A DNA stretch of 64,000 nucleotides from Acidimicrobiales bacterium (GCA_050008715.1 JBEKMC010000002.1:1920-65919); one strand, 5' to 3'; shown: positions 45,379 to 55,352, counted from the stretch's first letter. The notes: generated by a model from the letters alone, not told the origin. Numbers and translations: made by a program.

Positions 45379-46722
45379 ATGACCACCAAGCCGTTCAGGA
45401 TTCTGCTCTTCGGCAAGGACGCCCGTACGGATGCGATCGCCGAAGGCGCCCGGTCGTCGCCGAGCGCCTGCGAGCTGACCATCTGCGCGCCGTTCCGCAG
45501 CCCAGGGCTCGTGCGCAAGGCGGACCGCTTCCTCACGTGCTCGCTCACCGACCTCGACGCCATGGCGAGCATCGCTCGCGATGTGGCGCCGGATCTCGTG
45601 GTCGTCGGTCCGGAGGACCCCCTGTCGGTCGGGCTCGCCGACGCCATGGCGGATCTCGGTGTGCCGTGCTTCGGGCCCACGAGGGCGCTCGCCCGGTTGG
45701 AGACGAGCAAGTCCTGGACGCGAGCGCTCGTGGAGCAGCACGGCATCGAGGGCAACCCACGCCATCGAACGTTCCACGATCCACGTCAACTGGCCGAGTA
45801 CGCCAGCGAGCTCGGCAGCGTGGTTGTGAAACCCGACGGGCTCACCGGAGGCAAAGGCGTGAAAGTCCAGGGCGAGCAGCTGGAGACGCTCGAGGACGCT
45901 GTCGCCTATGCCCTCTCGCTGTTGGATTCCGACGGCTCTGTCGTGATCGAGGAGCGGCTCGTGGGGGAGGAGTTCAGCCTGCAGACGATCACCGACGGCA
46001 CGGACGTGATCCACTGCCCGATCGCGCAGGACCACAAGCGCGCCTACGACGGCGACGTCGGCCCGAACACCGGTGGGATGGGGTCGTACTCCTGTGCGGA
46101 CGGCTCCTTGCCATTCCTTTCCGCTGGCGACGTCGCCCTCGCCCGCCGGATCAACGAGGACACCATCGAGGCGCTTTCTCGTGAGAGCTCGACGCCGTAC
46201 CGCGGCGTCGTCTACGGCGGTTTCATGGCTGTCGCCGACGGGGTCCGTTTGATCGAGTACAACGCTCGATTCGGTGATCCCGAAGCCCTGAACGTGTTGC
46301 CGTTGCTGGAGGGCGACCTCGTGGAGCTCCTGCTGGCGGCCGCCACAGGCAGGCTCGGTGGCGTCGAGGCGTCCTTCGCCGCCCGCGCGACGGTTTGCAA
46401 ATACGTCGTGCCGAGCTCCTATCCGGAGGCCGGCACGACGGACGGCTCCATCTCGACGGACGATTCGCCCCTGGGGCCGGAGCTGCGCTGCTATTGGGCA
46501 GCCGCTGAGCTTCAGCAGGACGGGTCGGTCCGCCTCACCGGCTCGCGAGGCCTCGCCTTCGTCGGGATCGCCGACACCGTGTCGAGTGCCGAAGCGCTGG
46601 CCGAGGGCGGCGCCGCCTCGGTGAGCGGAATGGTGCGCCACCGTCGTGACATCGGGACGCCGGCGAGCCTCGAGCGGCGCGTCGAGCACATGAGGACAGT
46701 CCGGCCTCGCCACACCGCCTGA
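45379..46722 (+). CDS. purD: Phosphoribosylamine-glycine ligase
   Basis: It has ATP-grasp blocks VVKPDGLTGGKGV, DHKRAYDGDVGPNTGGMGSY and IEYNARFGDPE. The start is ATG 45379 (MTTKPFRILLFG). Confidence 0.85.
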   Translation: MTTKPFRILLFGKDARTDAIAEGARSSPSACELTICAPFRSPGLVRKADRFLTCSLTDLDAMASIARDVAPDLVVVGPEDPLSVGLADAMADLGVPCFGPTRALARLETSKSWTRALVEQHGIEGNPRHRTFHDPRQLAEYASELGSVVVKPDGLTGGKGVKVQGEQLETLEDAVAYALSLLDSDGSVVIEERLVGEEFSLQTITDGTDVIHCPIAQDHKRAYDGDVGPNTGGMGSYSCADGSLPFLSAGDVALARRINEDTIEALSRESSTPYRGVVYGGFMAVADGVRLIEYNARFGDPEALNVLPLLEGDLVELLLAAATGRLGGVEASFAARATVCKYVVPSSYPEAGTTDGSISTDDSPLGPELRCYWAAAELQQDGSVRLTGSRGLAFVGIADTVSSAEALAEGGAASVSGMVRHRRDIGTPASLERRVEHMRTVRPRHTA

Positions 46723-46732
46723 GCAGCGAGCC

Positions 46733-48415
46733 TCAGGCGTCCGGGAGGAGTGTCCCCGCCGCCACCGACTTCGCCCAGGCGTAGTCAGCCTTGCCAGCGG
46801 GATTGCGCTTCACGCGCTCGACCGTGATGACCGCCTTCGGGAGCTTGTAGCGGGCGATCTGCTGTGCGCACGTTGCGAGCAGCTCGGAGTCGGCGATGCC
46901 TTCTCCCGGCTCCGGTTCGACGATCGCCACGACCTCGCTGCCCCAGCGTTCGCTCGGCCGGCCGACGACGATGACGTCCCTCACACCTGGGTGGTGCCGC
47001 ACCGCTGCTTCGACCTCCTCGGCGAAAATCTTCTCGCCACCGGAGTTGATGGTGACCGCGTCGCGTCCGAGAACCTCGAGTGTGCCGTCGAGCAGCAGAC
47101 GAGCCCGATCGCCCGGGATGGTGAAGCGCCGGCCGTCGATCGAGCGGAACGTCGCCGCCGTCTTTCCCGCGTCGTTCATGTAGCCGAGCGGGATGCGGCC
47201 GGACCGTGCGAGCCACCCGCTCCCGTCGTGACCGGGCCGCAGGATCGTGCTGCGAGCCTCGTCGAGAACGACGGTCAGTGGATCCGGGCGGAAGCGGACG
47301 GACCGCTCGTTCAATCCGCCGGGGACCGAAACGTTGTCGGCCACGGGACCAGCCTCGGAGGAACCCATCGTGTCGCGGATGCGCACAGCGGGCAGCCGCG
47401 CCATGATCGCCTCCTTCGACTTCGGTGAGAGTGCCGAGCCGCTCGAGGACAACACGGCGAGGGACGAGAGATCCCGTCGGCGACCGTCCATCGCATCGAT
47501 GAGGGAGGCAGCGAACGCCTCCCCGGCGATCGTCAACAGGCTCGCACGTTCACGCTCGATCGTGTCGAGCACGTCGCCTGCGTCAAAACGGTCGACGACA
47601 CGCTGGATGACGACGGTGCCACCGGTGTGCAACGCCTGGAAGCTCACCCATTGGCCCGTACCGTGCATGAACGGTGCCGCCGACACTCCTCGGGTTCCCG
47701 GGCTCTTCCGAGCGGCAGCTTCGGCGAGCTCCTCGATCGAGCCCCACTCGCGGCCACCCTCGCCGTAGTTGCGCCCGCCCAGTGCCGTCACGAAAATGTC
47801 AGCCTGTCGCCACAACACACCCTTGGGCTTGCCGGTCGTGCCGCCGGTGTAGAGGATGTAGAGGTCATCCGGCGACCAGTCGAGGGCCGGCCGGTGGCTC
47901 GGCGCCGCCGCCAGCGCAGTCTCGTAGTCGAGCGCACCCGCGAGCATGGGCACCCTGCTGCCGTCAGGTACCTCGAGCAGCAGCGGCCTGTCCATGATGC
48001 CGGCGGCGCACAGGCTCGAAAGAGCCGCGTCCAGCTGGGCGGCGAACTGCGAGTGGTAGAGGACGGCGCCGGGCGCCATGTCGGTCAGAAGCTGCTCGAG
48101 CTCGGCTGTGACGTACCGGTAGTTGACGTTGCACGGCGCCAGGCGCGCCTTGAACGCGCCAAGGATCCCCTCCAGGTACTCGTGGCCGTTCAGTAGGCAG
48201 ATGGCCACGCGATCCTGTCCGGCTTCGTGGTCCGCCAGCTCCGACCGCTCGCGGTGGCAACCCAGCCCGGCTGACCTGAACACGTTGGCGAGCCGCCGGG
48301 TGCGATCGGTCAGCTCCGACCAGGTGATGCGCCGGTCAGGTGTGACGATGGCCTCCCGCTCGCCGAGGCGCCCGGCGAGCCCCTCCTGCACCTCCGCCAG
48401 GTTGAAGTCCATCAA
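46733..48415 (-). CDS. Acyl-CoA synthetase (AMP-forming), FadD-like
   Basis: It has YTGGTTGKPKGV and a C-terminal GEKIFAEEVE...KLPK block. Confidence 0.85.
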   Translation of the reverse strand: MMDFNLAEVQEGLAGRLGEREAIVTPDRRITWSELTDRTRRLANVFRSAGLGCHRERSELADHEAGQDRVAICLLNGHEYLEGILGAFKARLAPCNVNYRYVTAELEQLLTDMAPGAVLYHSQFAAQLDAALSSLCAAGIMDRPLLLEVPDGSRVPMLAGALDYETALAAAPSHRPALDWSPDDLYILYTGGTTGKPKGVLWRQADIFVTALGGRNYGEGGREWGSIEELAEAAARKSPGTRGVSAAPFMHGTGQWVSFQALHTGGTVVIQRVVDRFDAGDVLDTIERERASLLTIAGEAFAASLIDAMDGRRRDLSSLAVLSSSGSALSPKSKEAIMARLPAVRIRDTMGSSEAGPVADNVSVPGGLNERSVRFRPDPLTVVLDEARSTILRPGHDGSGWLARSGRIPLGYMNDAGKTAATFRSIDGRRFTIPGDRARLLLDGTLEVLGRDAVTINSGGEKIFAEEVEAAVRHHPGVRDVIVVGRPSERWGSEVVAIVEPEPGEGIADSELLATCAQQIARYKLPKAVITVERVKRNPAGKADYAWAKSVAAGTLLPDA

Positions 48416-49095
48416 GGGGCTCCAGCGGTGAGCTCACCGAGGCTCGCCAGGTGCTCGTGGTCGTCGTCCGGGCAAAGGCCGAACGGGTCGAGGTGCATGG
48501 GCCGGATGCCGGCGTTGCGCGCTCCATCGACGTCGAAGTGCACGCTGTCACCGACGAAGACGCACCGCTCCGCCGGGACGTCGAGGGCGGTGAGCGCGAA
48601 GGAGAAGATGCGCGGGTCGGGTTTCTCGACGCCGACGACGTGCGAGTCGATCACGACGGCAACCTTCGCCATGGCGTCCCCCTCGAGACCACAGATCCGG
48701 TGCTCGAGGAGAAGCTGCTCCATCCTCCCGCTCGCGTTCGACACGATCGCCAGCTGCAACCCAGCTGCCTCGAGGCCGCGCAGCGCCTCGGCTGCACCGA
48801 GGGCCGGGATCCAGTCCTCCGCGAGGTAGATGCGCTCGATCGACGGCAGCGCTTCGTCCAGGCGATCCTCCGGCACTCCGGCCGTGCGGGCAACGACCCG
48901 GTCGACTCTGGGCCAGTCCGCCGCTTGGAGCCGATCGACCTCGCGCATGCCGGCGTAGTGGGCGAGGCGGCACGTCTCGTCGTCCGGGTTCGCCCCGAGG
49001 GGGCCGAGCATCGAACGCATGCGAGCGGGATCGGGCAGCACGAGGACGCCGCCGGCATCGAGCAGGACGGCGTCGACCGTGTCGTCGATGAGCAT
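48412..49095 (-). CDS. HAD-superfamily hydrolase
   Basis: Motif I is AVLLDAGGVL (the second Asp is replaced by Gly). SNASG and VFVGDSVHFDVDGARNAG follow. Its stop overlaps the fadD start. Confidence 0.65.
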   Translation of the reverse strand: MLIDDTVDAVLLDAGGVLVLPDPARMRSMLGPLGANPDDETCRLAHYAGMREVDRLQAADWPRVDRVVARTAGVPEDRLDEALPSIERIYLAEDWIPALGAAEALRGLEAAGLQLAIVSNASGRMEQLLLEHRICGLEGDAMAKVAVVIDSHVVGVEKPDPRIFSFALTALDVPAERCVFVGDSVHFDVDGARNAGIRPMHLDPFGLCPDDDHEHLASLGELTAGAP

Positions 49096-49202
49096 GCCTG
49101 CAGGTTACGGCGTCGTGTGAGCGGCTTGGAGCGAGGGGGACCTGGTACGTTTCGGCCGGTGGCACTGGTCGCGGGCAGCCGGTATCCGGCGATTCACCGC
49201 CC

Positions 49203-50417
49203 ATGACGAACCCGGCCTCCCCGACGAACCCGGCCTCCCCGACGAACCCGGCCTCCCCGACGAGCCGGCGTTCCGGACGGCACCAGCGTCGGCCCAGCGG
49301 ATGGGCCGCCGTGCTGGGGCAATCGTGCCGGGCGGCGTTCTGGCCGTTCGTCGTCTCACGGGCCATCGTCGTCGGAGCGCTCCTGCTCGCACGGTTCCTC
49401 GTCACCGAGATTCGCCCTCGCTCCCATGAGGCTGTCCTAGCCGCCCACGCCGGCCTCCTCGGGTGGGACGCCAACTGGTACCGGCGCATCGCCACCATCG
49501 GTTATGGGCGATCCGGTCGAACCTCGGTGCGCTTCTTCCCGCTCTACCCCTTGCTCACGCGTGCGGTGGCGGCCCTTCCAGGGGTCAGCGTCGACGTGGC
49601 GCTCCTCGTCATCGCCAACGTGTCTGGCCTCGTCGCCTTGGCGCTCATTCATCGGCTCGTCATGATGGAAACCCACGACGAGGAGCTGGCGGGCCGGTCG
49701 TCCTGGTGGCTCGGCATGTTCCCTGCAGCGTTCGTGCTGTCGATGGGCTACGCCGACGCGCTGCTGCTCGTCACGAGCCTCGCAATGTTCCTGGCGTTGC
49801 GGTCCCGCCGATTCGCAGCGGCCGCCGTCGCCGGCGTGCTGGCAGGTGCCTGCCGGCCAGTCGGGCTGCTGCTCGCTGTGCCCGCGCTCCTCGAAGCGGT
49901 GCGTGATCACCGGGAGACCCCGTGGCCCCAGTGGATCTCGAGAGCCGCCGCCGTCGCGTCGGCACCGGCGGGGGCAGCCGCGTACCTCTCGTGGTCGAAG
50001 GTCCACGACGGAAGTTTCTTCCTTCCGCTCTCGGCTCAAGTCTCGAGCACGAATCGCGGCGGGCTCGCGGACCCGTTCGTCACCGTCGCGAGGGACGTGA
50101 AAGATCTGCTGCACGGAGAGCATCTCGGAACTTCACTGCACGCGCCCTGGGTGGTCTTCTTCGTGGTGATGGCAGTCGTGGTGCTGCGTCGCTGGCCGCT
50201 TTCCTACGGCGCCTACGCCACCGTCACCCTCGCCATCACGCTCACAGCCCCGAACCTGACGTCGTTCGAGCGCTATGGCCTCGGTTGCTTCCCGTTCGCT
50301 CTCGCTCTTGCCACGGTCACCGGTCGCCGTCAGATCAGCTGGGCGGCCTTTGCCGGAGCTGGCGCCGTGCTGTTCGGGTATTCGCTCTTGACGTTCCTCG
50401 GGGCCTACGTTCCCTGA
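49203..50417 (+). CDS. Polytopic membrane protein, PIG-V-like mannosyltransferase / GT-C candidate
   Basis: GWDANWYRRIATIGY...VRFFPLYPLLTR resembles the PIG-V (Mannosyl_trans2) N-terminal signature, and about 8 TM helices follow. The true start may lie downstream of the repeat. Confidence 0.5.
   Translation: MTNPASPTNPASPTNPASPTSRRSGRHQRRPSGWAAVLGQSCRAAFWPFVVSRAIVVGALLLARFLVTEIRPRSHEAVLAAHAGLLGWDANWYRRIATIGYGRSGRTSVRFFPLYPLLTRAVAALPGVSVDVALLVIANVSGLVALALIHRLVMMETHDEELAGRSSWWLGMFPAAFVLSMGYADALLLVTSLAMFLALRSRRFAAAAVAGVLAGACRPVGLLLAVPALLEAVRDHRETPWPQWISRAAAVASAPAGAAAYLSWSKVHDGSFFLPLSAQVSSTNRGGLADPFVTVARDVKDLLHGEHLGTSLHAPWVVFFVVMAVVVLRRWPLSYGAYATVTLAITLTAPNLTSFERYGLGCFPFALALATVTGRRQISWAAFAGAGAVLFGYSLLTFLGAYVP
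49206..49259. repeat. Perfect 18-bp tandem repeat x3 (ACGAACCCGGCCTCCCCG)
   Basis: The units at 49206-49223, 49224-49241 and 49242-49259 are identical, and a partial fourth unit (ACGAGCCGG) follows. In the ORF frame the repeat encodes TNPASP x3. Confidence 0.95.
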
Positions 50418-50468
50418 AGCTCGGTTGCCGGCCGGTCGGCCCCATGGAGGCCCGAGCCGCAGGTGCCT

Positions 50469-51308
50469 TCAGGACTTCGGAGTCTTGAGGGGTGCTTCGA
50501 TGTAGGCGGGCCGCCCGAGAAGGTAGCCCTGCCCGAGGTCGATGTGGAGGGACCGCAGGGTCTCGAGCTCCTCTTTGGTCTCGATCCCCTCTGCGAGGCT
50601 GAGCGCTCCGGCCTGGGCGGCGAGCGAGCGGAAGGCCATCACGATCGCCTGCTTGACGGGATCGCGGTCAACGCCACGGGTCACGTCCGTGTCGATCTTG
50701 ATGAAGTCCGGCCGGATGTCGAGCATGTGTCGCAGACTCACGTCGGCGACGCCGGCATCGTCGATGGCGATCCGCACACCGGTCGACCGGAGCTCGTCGA
50801 TGGCGCCCGTGAAACGTTGGTAGTCCACGACGGCTGCGTCCTCTTTGATCTCGAACACGACACGGCCCCGTTGGCGCACGTGGATCATGTCTCGGAGATC
50901 CGGCGACCCGGCCGTCATCGGTGACACGTTCAGGGAGACGAAGGCGCCCGTCGGCAGGTTGTCGAGCTGCGCGAGGGCGGCGCCCACTGCCATGACCTCC
51001 AACTCCTGGGCGAGACCCTGGGCGGCGGCGGCGGCGAACCATCCCTGCGGGGAGACGATCTCCTCGTCCGGGAACCGGGCCAGCGCCTCGAAGCCGATGC
51101 ACTCCCGCGATCCGAGGTGGACGATCGGCTGGAATGCCATCCGGATCGAATCGCCTTTCAAGATCCGGGGAACGTCCAGCCAGGGCACTGATTCCGAGGC
51201 GGTCGCCTCAACCTCGTGTGATGCGTCCTTGGCAATCCGTTCGAGGTCGAGCCGTTCGAGGTCCAACCGCGAATCTTCCGTCACGAGGTCACTCCTTGCT
51301 GATTCCAC
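50469..51308 (-). CDS. Stand-alone EAL-domain protein (putative c-di-GMP phosphodiesterase)
   Basis: It carries QPIVHLGSRECIGFEALARF, SLNVSP, FEIKED, IDDAG, KIDTDV, AEGIE and GQGY. The start codon is GTG. Confidence 0.8.
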   Translation of the reverse strand: MESARSDLVTEDSRLDLERLDLERIAKDASHEVEATASESVPWLDVPRILKGDSIRMAFQPIVHLGSRECIGFEALARFPDEEIVSPQGWFAAAAAQGLAQELEVMAVGAALAQLDNLPTGAFVSLNVSPMTAGSPDLRDMIHVRQRGRVVFEIKEDAAVVDYQRFTGAIDELRSTGVRIAIDDAGVADVSLRHMLDIRPDFIKIDTDVTRGVDRDPVKQAIVMAFRSLAAQAGALSLAEGIETKEELETLRSLHIDLGQGYLLGRPAYIEAPLKTPKS

Positions 51309-51379
51309 AGTGCAATCTTCTCACGCTCAGCGTTGATCTACTGCCATTCTGCCACGCGCGGTAGTCGTCCCTCATGTAA

Positions 51380-52741
51380 TCAGCCATCCACCAACCGACG
51401 GAACTCCTCGTCCTCGACGCCCGCCGCCTGCTTGTCGGCAAGATTCTCCAGCCATTGCTGCGCCGGCTCGCTCTGCATCGCGTCCACCATCTGCCTCGGT
51501 ATCGCCTTCATCACGTAGTCGTCCGGCATCGTCGGGACGTGGTGGGTCCGGCGAGCAAGGGCGGCCTCGATGATCGGTTCCCATTTCGCCGCCGTCGAGA
51601 CCCTTCGGTCCTCGTCGCGCTCGGCGAACTCGGGCAGCACTTCGGCACCGAACAGCTCGATCGACTCCATGATGTGCTCGTGACGGTTCCGTCCCGCCTG
51701 CATGACGAAGATGAGCTGGTCAACGCCTGCATCCTCGTATCGGCGCAGGAACTCGCGCAGCTGTGCGGGCGTCCCCGTGGCCCCCCGAAGTCCCGTCGAG
51801 TCACCGGACGCGACCTTGGCCCCGAGGGTGCCCATACGAGTGGCCACGGCCGCCTCGGGCGAGTAACCGGCCTTCCCGCGCCGCTCCTGGAATTCCTCCC
51901 ACACGTTCGTGGCGGCCGGCACGTGGTCGCCGAACACGTAGAAGTGGGCGAGCGAGTAGCCGAAGAAGTTGGCGCCCTCGAGCCCGCGGCGTATGGCCTC
52001 GTCCTCATCGGTGGCGCACATCATCGGAGAGACGCATGCAACCTGGGGATTCACCGCCAAACCGACCGGAACGCAGCGCTCGCGCAGGACAGCCTCATAG
52101 TCGTCCACCCATTTCTTGGCGTCCTCCGGCTCGATGAACGCGAAACTCAGCGCACCGATCCCCTTCTCCGCCGCCAGCAGGATCGTGTCCCGGCGGCTGC
52201 ATGCGACCCAGAGCGGCGGGTGCGGGCGCTGCACGGGCTTTGGGATGACGTTGCGCGGGGGCATCTGGACGAACCGCCCGTCGACGCCGCCAAAGGGTGT
52301 CTCGGTCATGCACCGGATCGCGACCTCGAGGCCTTCCAACCAGGCTTCCCGTTTGTCAGCGGGATCGATCCCGAACCCGCCGAGCTCGGCCTCGGACGAC
52401 GACTCGCCCGATCCGAACTCGACACGGCCGTTCGAGACGAGATCGAGCATGGCGACGCGCTCGGCCGTGCGCGCCGGATGGTTGTAGGCGGGTGCGGTCT
52501 GGATGATCCCGTGCCCGATCCGCATCCGTTTCGTCCGCTGGCTTGCGGCCGCCAGGAAGACTTCCGGCGCGCTCGAGTGCGAGTACTCCTCGAGGAAGTG
52601 GTGCTCGACCTCCCAGAGGTACTGGATCCCGACCTTGTCGGCGAGCTCGATCTGCTCGAGTGCATCGTTGATCAGCTGCTGCTCGCTGGCGTCATCCCAC
52701 GGCCTCGGTAGCTGGTGCTCGTAGAAGATGCCGAACTTCAT
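51380..52741 (-). CDS. LLM-class flavin-dependent oxidoreductase (full length)
   Basis: The N-terminus is MKFGIFYEHQLPRPW...LWEVEHHFLEEYSHSSAPEVFL, and a TIM-barrel-length body follows. The start is ATG 52741, preceded by GGAG. The ORF-track start 52834 is rejected. Confidence 0.8.
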   Translation of the reverse strand: MKFGIFYEHQLPRPWDDASEQQLINDALEQIELADKVGIQYLWEVEHHFLEEYSHSSAPEVFLAAASQRTKRMRIGHGIIQTAPAYNHPARTAERVAMLDLVSNGRVEFGSGESSSEAELGGFGIDPADKREAWLEGLEVAIRCMTETPFGGVDGRFVQMPPRNVIPKPVQRPHPPLWVACSRRDTILLAAEKGIGALSFAFIEPEDAKKWVDDYEAVLRERCVPVGLAVNPQVACVSPMMCATDEDEAIRRGLEGANFFGYSLAHFYVFGDHVPAATNVWEEFQERRGKAGYSPEAAVATRMGTLGAKVASGDSTGLRGATGTPAQLREFLRRYEDAGVDQLIFVMQAGRNRHEHIMESIELFGAEVLPEFAERDEDRRVSTAAKWEPIIEAALARRTHHVPTMPDDYVMKAIPRQMVDAMQSEPAQQWLENLADKQAAGVEDEEFRRLVDG

Positions 52742-52752
52742 GTCGTCTCCGA

Positions 52753-53367
52753 TCAGCCGAGGGACCCGGGAGTGGCAGCCGGGTTGGCGGGGTTGTCGAT
52801 CCACTTGCGCACTGCCGCCGCCGGAGGGGTCCAAGCCCGCAACAGGCCAAGGAGCTCGGTTGCACTGGCTGCCGAGAGGACCAGCTGGCGGTTCTCCGCC
52901 CGCAGGAAACCCTCAGTCACACCGTGGTCGAGGAATGCGAGCAACAAGTCGTAGTAGCCGGCGACGTTCAGAAACCCGACCGGCTTGGCGTGCAGGCCGA
53001 GCTGTGACCAGGTGAGTATCTCGGCCACCTCTTCCAGGGTCCCGAGGCCGCCGGGCAGCGCCACGAAACCGTCCGACAGCTCCGCCATCATCGCCTTCCG
53101 CTCGTGCATGGACCCGACGACATGCATGCTCGTCAGCCCGGTGTGGGCGATCTCGGCATCGACGAGGAACTCAGGCATGACGCCGATGACTCCGCCGCCG
53201 GCTTCGAGAGCGGCGTCCGCCAACAGGCCCATGGCTCCGACGCGAGCACCGCCGTAGACGATGACGATTCCTTCTTGCACGAGCGCCGTCGCAAGCTCCC
53301 GGACGGCACGCGCGTACTCCGGCCGGCTCCCGAGGTTGGAGCCACAGAAGACGCAGACCGACTTCAC
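52753..53367 (-). CDS. LOG-family protein (TIGR00730 / cytokinin riboside 5'-monophosphate phosphoribohydrolase-like)
   Basis: It has VCVFCGS, VYGGARVGAMG and PGGLGTLEE (PGGxGTxxE). I prefer GTG 53367, and ATG 53430 is the alternative. Confidence 0.8.
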   Translation of the reverse strand: MKSVCVFCGSNLGSRPEYARAVRELATALVQEGIVIVYGGARVGAMGLLADAALEAGGGVIGVMPEFLVDAEIAHTGLTSMHVVGSMHERKAMMAELSDGFVALPGGLGTLEEVAEILTWSQLGLHAKPVGFLNVAGYYDLLLAFLDHGVTEGFLRAENRQLVLSAASATELLGLLRAWTPPAAAVRKWIDNPANPAATPGSLG

Positions 53368-53438
53368 GCCTTCACACTTGCAGACCCGCGTCGCGGGTGC
53401 CCCGCTTTCGAGGAGCACGAGCCATAACATGCGGAGGC

Positions 53439-55352
53439 ATGATTCCGGGCGGGCATTCGACAACGCCGCCGGTCCGCCGGTACGTCGCGGTCTGCCTTTC
53501 CGCCGCCGTCGCCCTCTCGCTGGCAGGATGCAGCACCCTTCGGCACTCGCCGCCGGTCCCACCGAGCCCGACCCCGACGGCGGCGGCGTTTCTCACCGCG
53601 TGGTCGCAGCGGAGCTGGGTGGCAATGGCGAGGCTGGTGAAGGACCCGCCGACAGACCTTGCCGCCAGCAATAGCGCCGCCCTACGAACGCTTCACGTCA
53701 CCGCCACCTCCTACGACCTCGGTGCCTTGCACGTGACGGGGGTCACCGCCGTCGCACCGGTGACCGAGTCGCTCACCTTGGCGGGCTTCGGCAGATGGAC
53801 TATCCGGACCGCGCTGTCGCTGGCGCTCGTCGGCAACCACTGGAAGATCATCTGGACGCCGGCCACGATCGATCCCGCACTCGGGTCGGCAGGGCACTTC
53901 GCCTTCCGGTACACCTGGCCGCCACGCGCCGCCGTCCTGGCCGCCGACGGGACGCCGATCTCTCCATCCGTGCCGACGTCGGTCGTCGTCGGGCTGTACG
54001 GCAGCTACATCAAGAGCCCCACGACCCTCCTCCGAGCACTCACCCGAGCAGGTGCTTCTTCGAGATCGGCAAAGTCGGCCATCACCGCGGCCGCGGCCAG
54101 CCCCGGCACGTTCGAACCCGTGTTCACCGTCAGGTGGCTCGTATACGAGCGGATTCAGGCCGCCCTGTATCCCGTCCCGGGCGTGTTCTTCCATGCCGTC
54201 GGCGGCAACCGGACCTCCACCCCCGCTCCGCTCGTGGGGATCGTCGGCTCACTCGGCGCCATCACGAAGAGCCAGCTCAAGCATCTCGGAGCTCCCTACA
54301 CGGCGACGAGCGTCGTCGGTCAGGGCGGCATCGAGCAGGCGGACGAACGCCGCCTCGCCGGCAGCCCCGGTGCGGTGATCTCGGCCGTCGCTCCGAGCGG
54401 GAAGGCTCGCCGCCTGGCGACGTTCCCCGCAAAGCGGGGCAGGGCCGTCCGCACCACCATCAATCTCACGATCGAGCAGGATGCCGCCAACGCTCTCGCA
54501 ACGGCGCCGAACGAGGCCGCCCTCGTCGCGATCGACGTCCGCACGGGCGAGATCGTCGCCGCCGCGAACACCTCGCAGGGAAGCGACCTCGCTCTCGAGG
54601 GCGAGCAACCGCCGGGCTCGACCATGAAGATGATCACGAGCACGGCGTTGATCGACAAGGGGCTCACACCGGAGTCGCCGGCGACGTGCCCGTCGGTCAT
54701 CAACGTCGACGGTGAGAATCTCCACAACGCCGAGGCGAACGAGGGCTCGGTGCCCAACCTGCTCACCGCCTTCACCGTCTCGTGCAACACGGCGTTCATC
54801 GGCCTCACGATGGCGAACCTCGACTACCGGAGCCTGCACGAAGCCGCCTCGCTCTTCCGTATCGGCGGCAAGTGGAACCCGGGCCTACCCGTGTTCACCG
54901 GGAGCGTGCCCGTCAACGACGGGCAGACGGATCTGGCTGCGAGCGCCATCGGCCAGGGACGCGTCGTCCTCAACCCCCTCGACCTCGCCATGGTCGCCGC
55001 CGATCTCGACACGGGAATCGTGCGCCTTCCGTGGATCGCGGTCGGTGCGCCGACCGAGCACGCACACACCTCGCGGCTGGCTGACAACCTCGTGAGCGAC
55101 CTTCACGAGATGATGCTCTCGGTCGTCCAGAGCGGGACGGCGGCCGGGACTGGCCTGCCACAGGGCACGTACGCGAAGACCGGCACGGCCGAATACGGGA
55201 CGACTACCCCGCTTTCGCTCGATGCCTGGCTGGCGGGCTTCAACGGCGACATCGCCTTTGCCATGGTCGACGTCGACTCCCCCGGCGACGGCGGGCCGGT
55301 GGACGGCCCCGTCGTCGCGAAATTCCTCGATGCCCTCGGCCCCACGAGCTGA
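53439..55352 (+). CDS. Class-B penicillin-binding protein (lipoprotein) with an NTF2-like (MecA_N-type) N-terminal domain
   Basis: It has the lipobox LSLAGC and the transpeptidase motifs STMK (SxxK), SCN (SxN) and KTGT. Confidence 0.85.
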   Translation: MIPGGHSTTPPVRRYVAVCLSAAVALSLAGCSTLRHSPPVPPSPTPTAAAFLTAWSQRSWVAMARLVKDPPTDLAASNSAALRTLHVTATSYDLGALHVTGVTAVAPVTESLTLAGFGRWTIRTALSLALVGNHWKIIWTPATIDPALGSAGHFAFRYTWPPRAAVLAADGTPISPSVPTSVVVGLYGSYIKSPTTLLRALTRAGASSRSAKSAITAAAASPGTFEPVFTVRWLVYERIQAALYPVPGVFFHAVGGNRTSTPAPLVGIVGSLGAITKSQLKHLGAPYTATSVVGQGGIEQADERRLAGSPGAVISAVAPSGKARRLATFPAKRGRAVRTTINLTIEQDAANALATAPNEAALVAIDVRTGEIVAAANTSQGSDLALEGEQPPGSTMKMITSTALIDKGLTPESPATCPSVINVDGENLHNAEANEGSVPNLLTAFTVSCNTAFIGLTMANLDYRSLHEAASLFRIGGKWNPGLPVFTGSVPVNDGQTDLAASAIGQGRVVLNPLDLAMVAADLDTGIVRLPWIAVGAPTEHAHTSRLADNLVSDLHEMMLSVVQSGTAAGTGLPQGTYAKTGTAEYGTTTPLSLDAWLAGFNGDIAFAMVDVDSPGDGGPVDGPVVAKFLDALGPTS

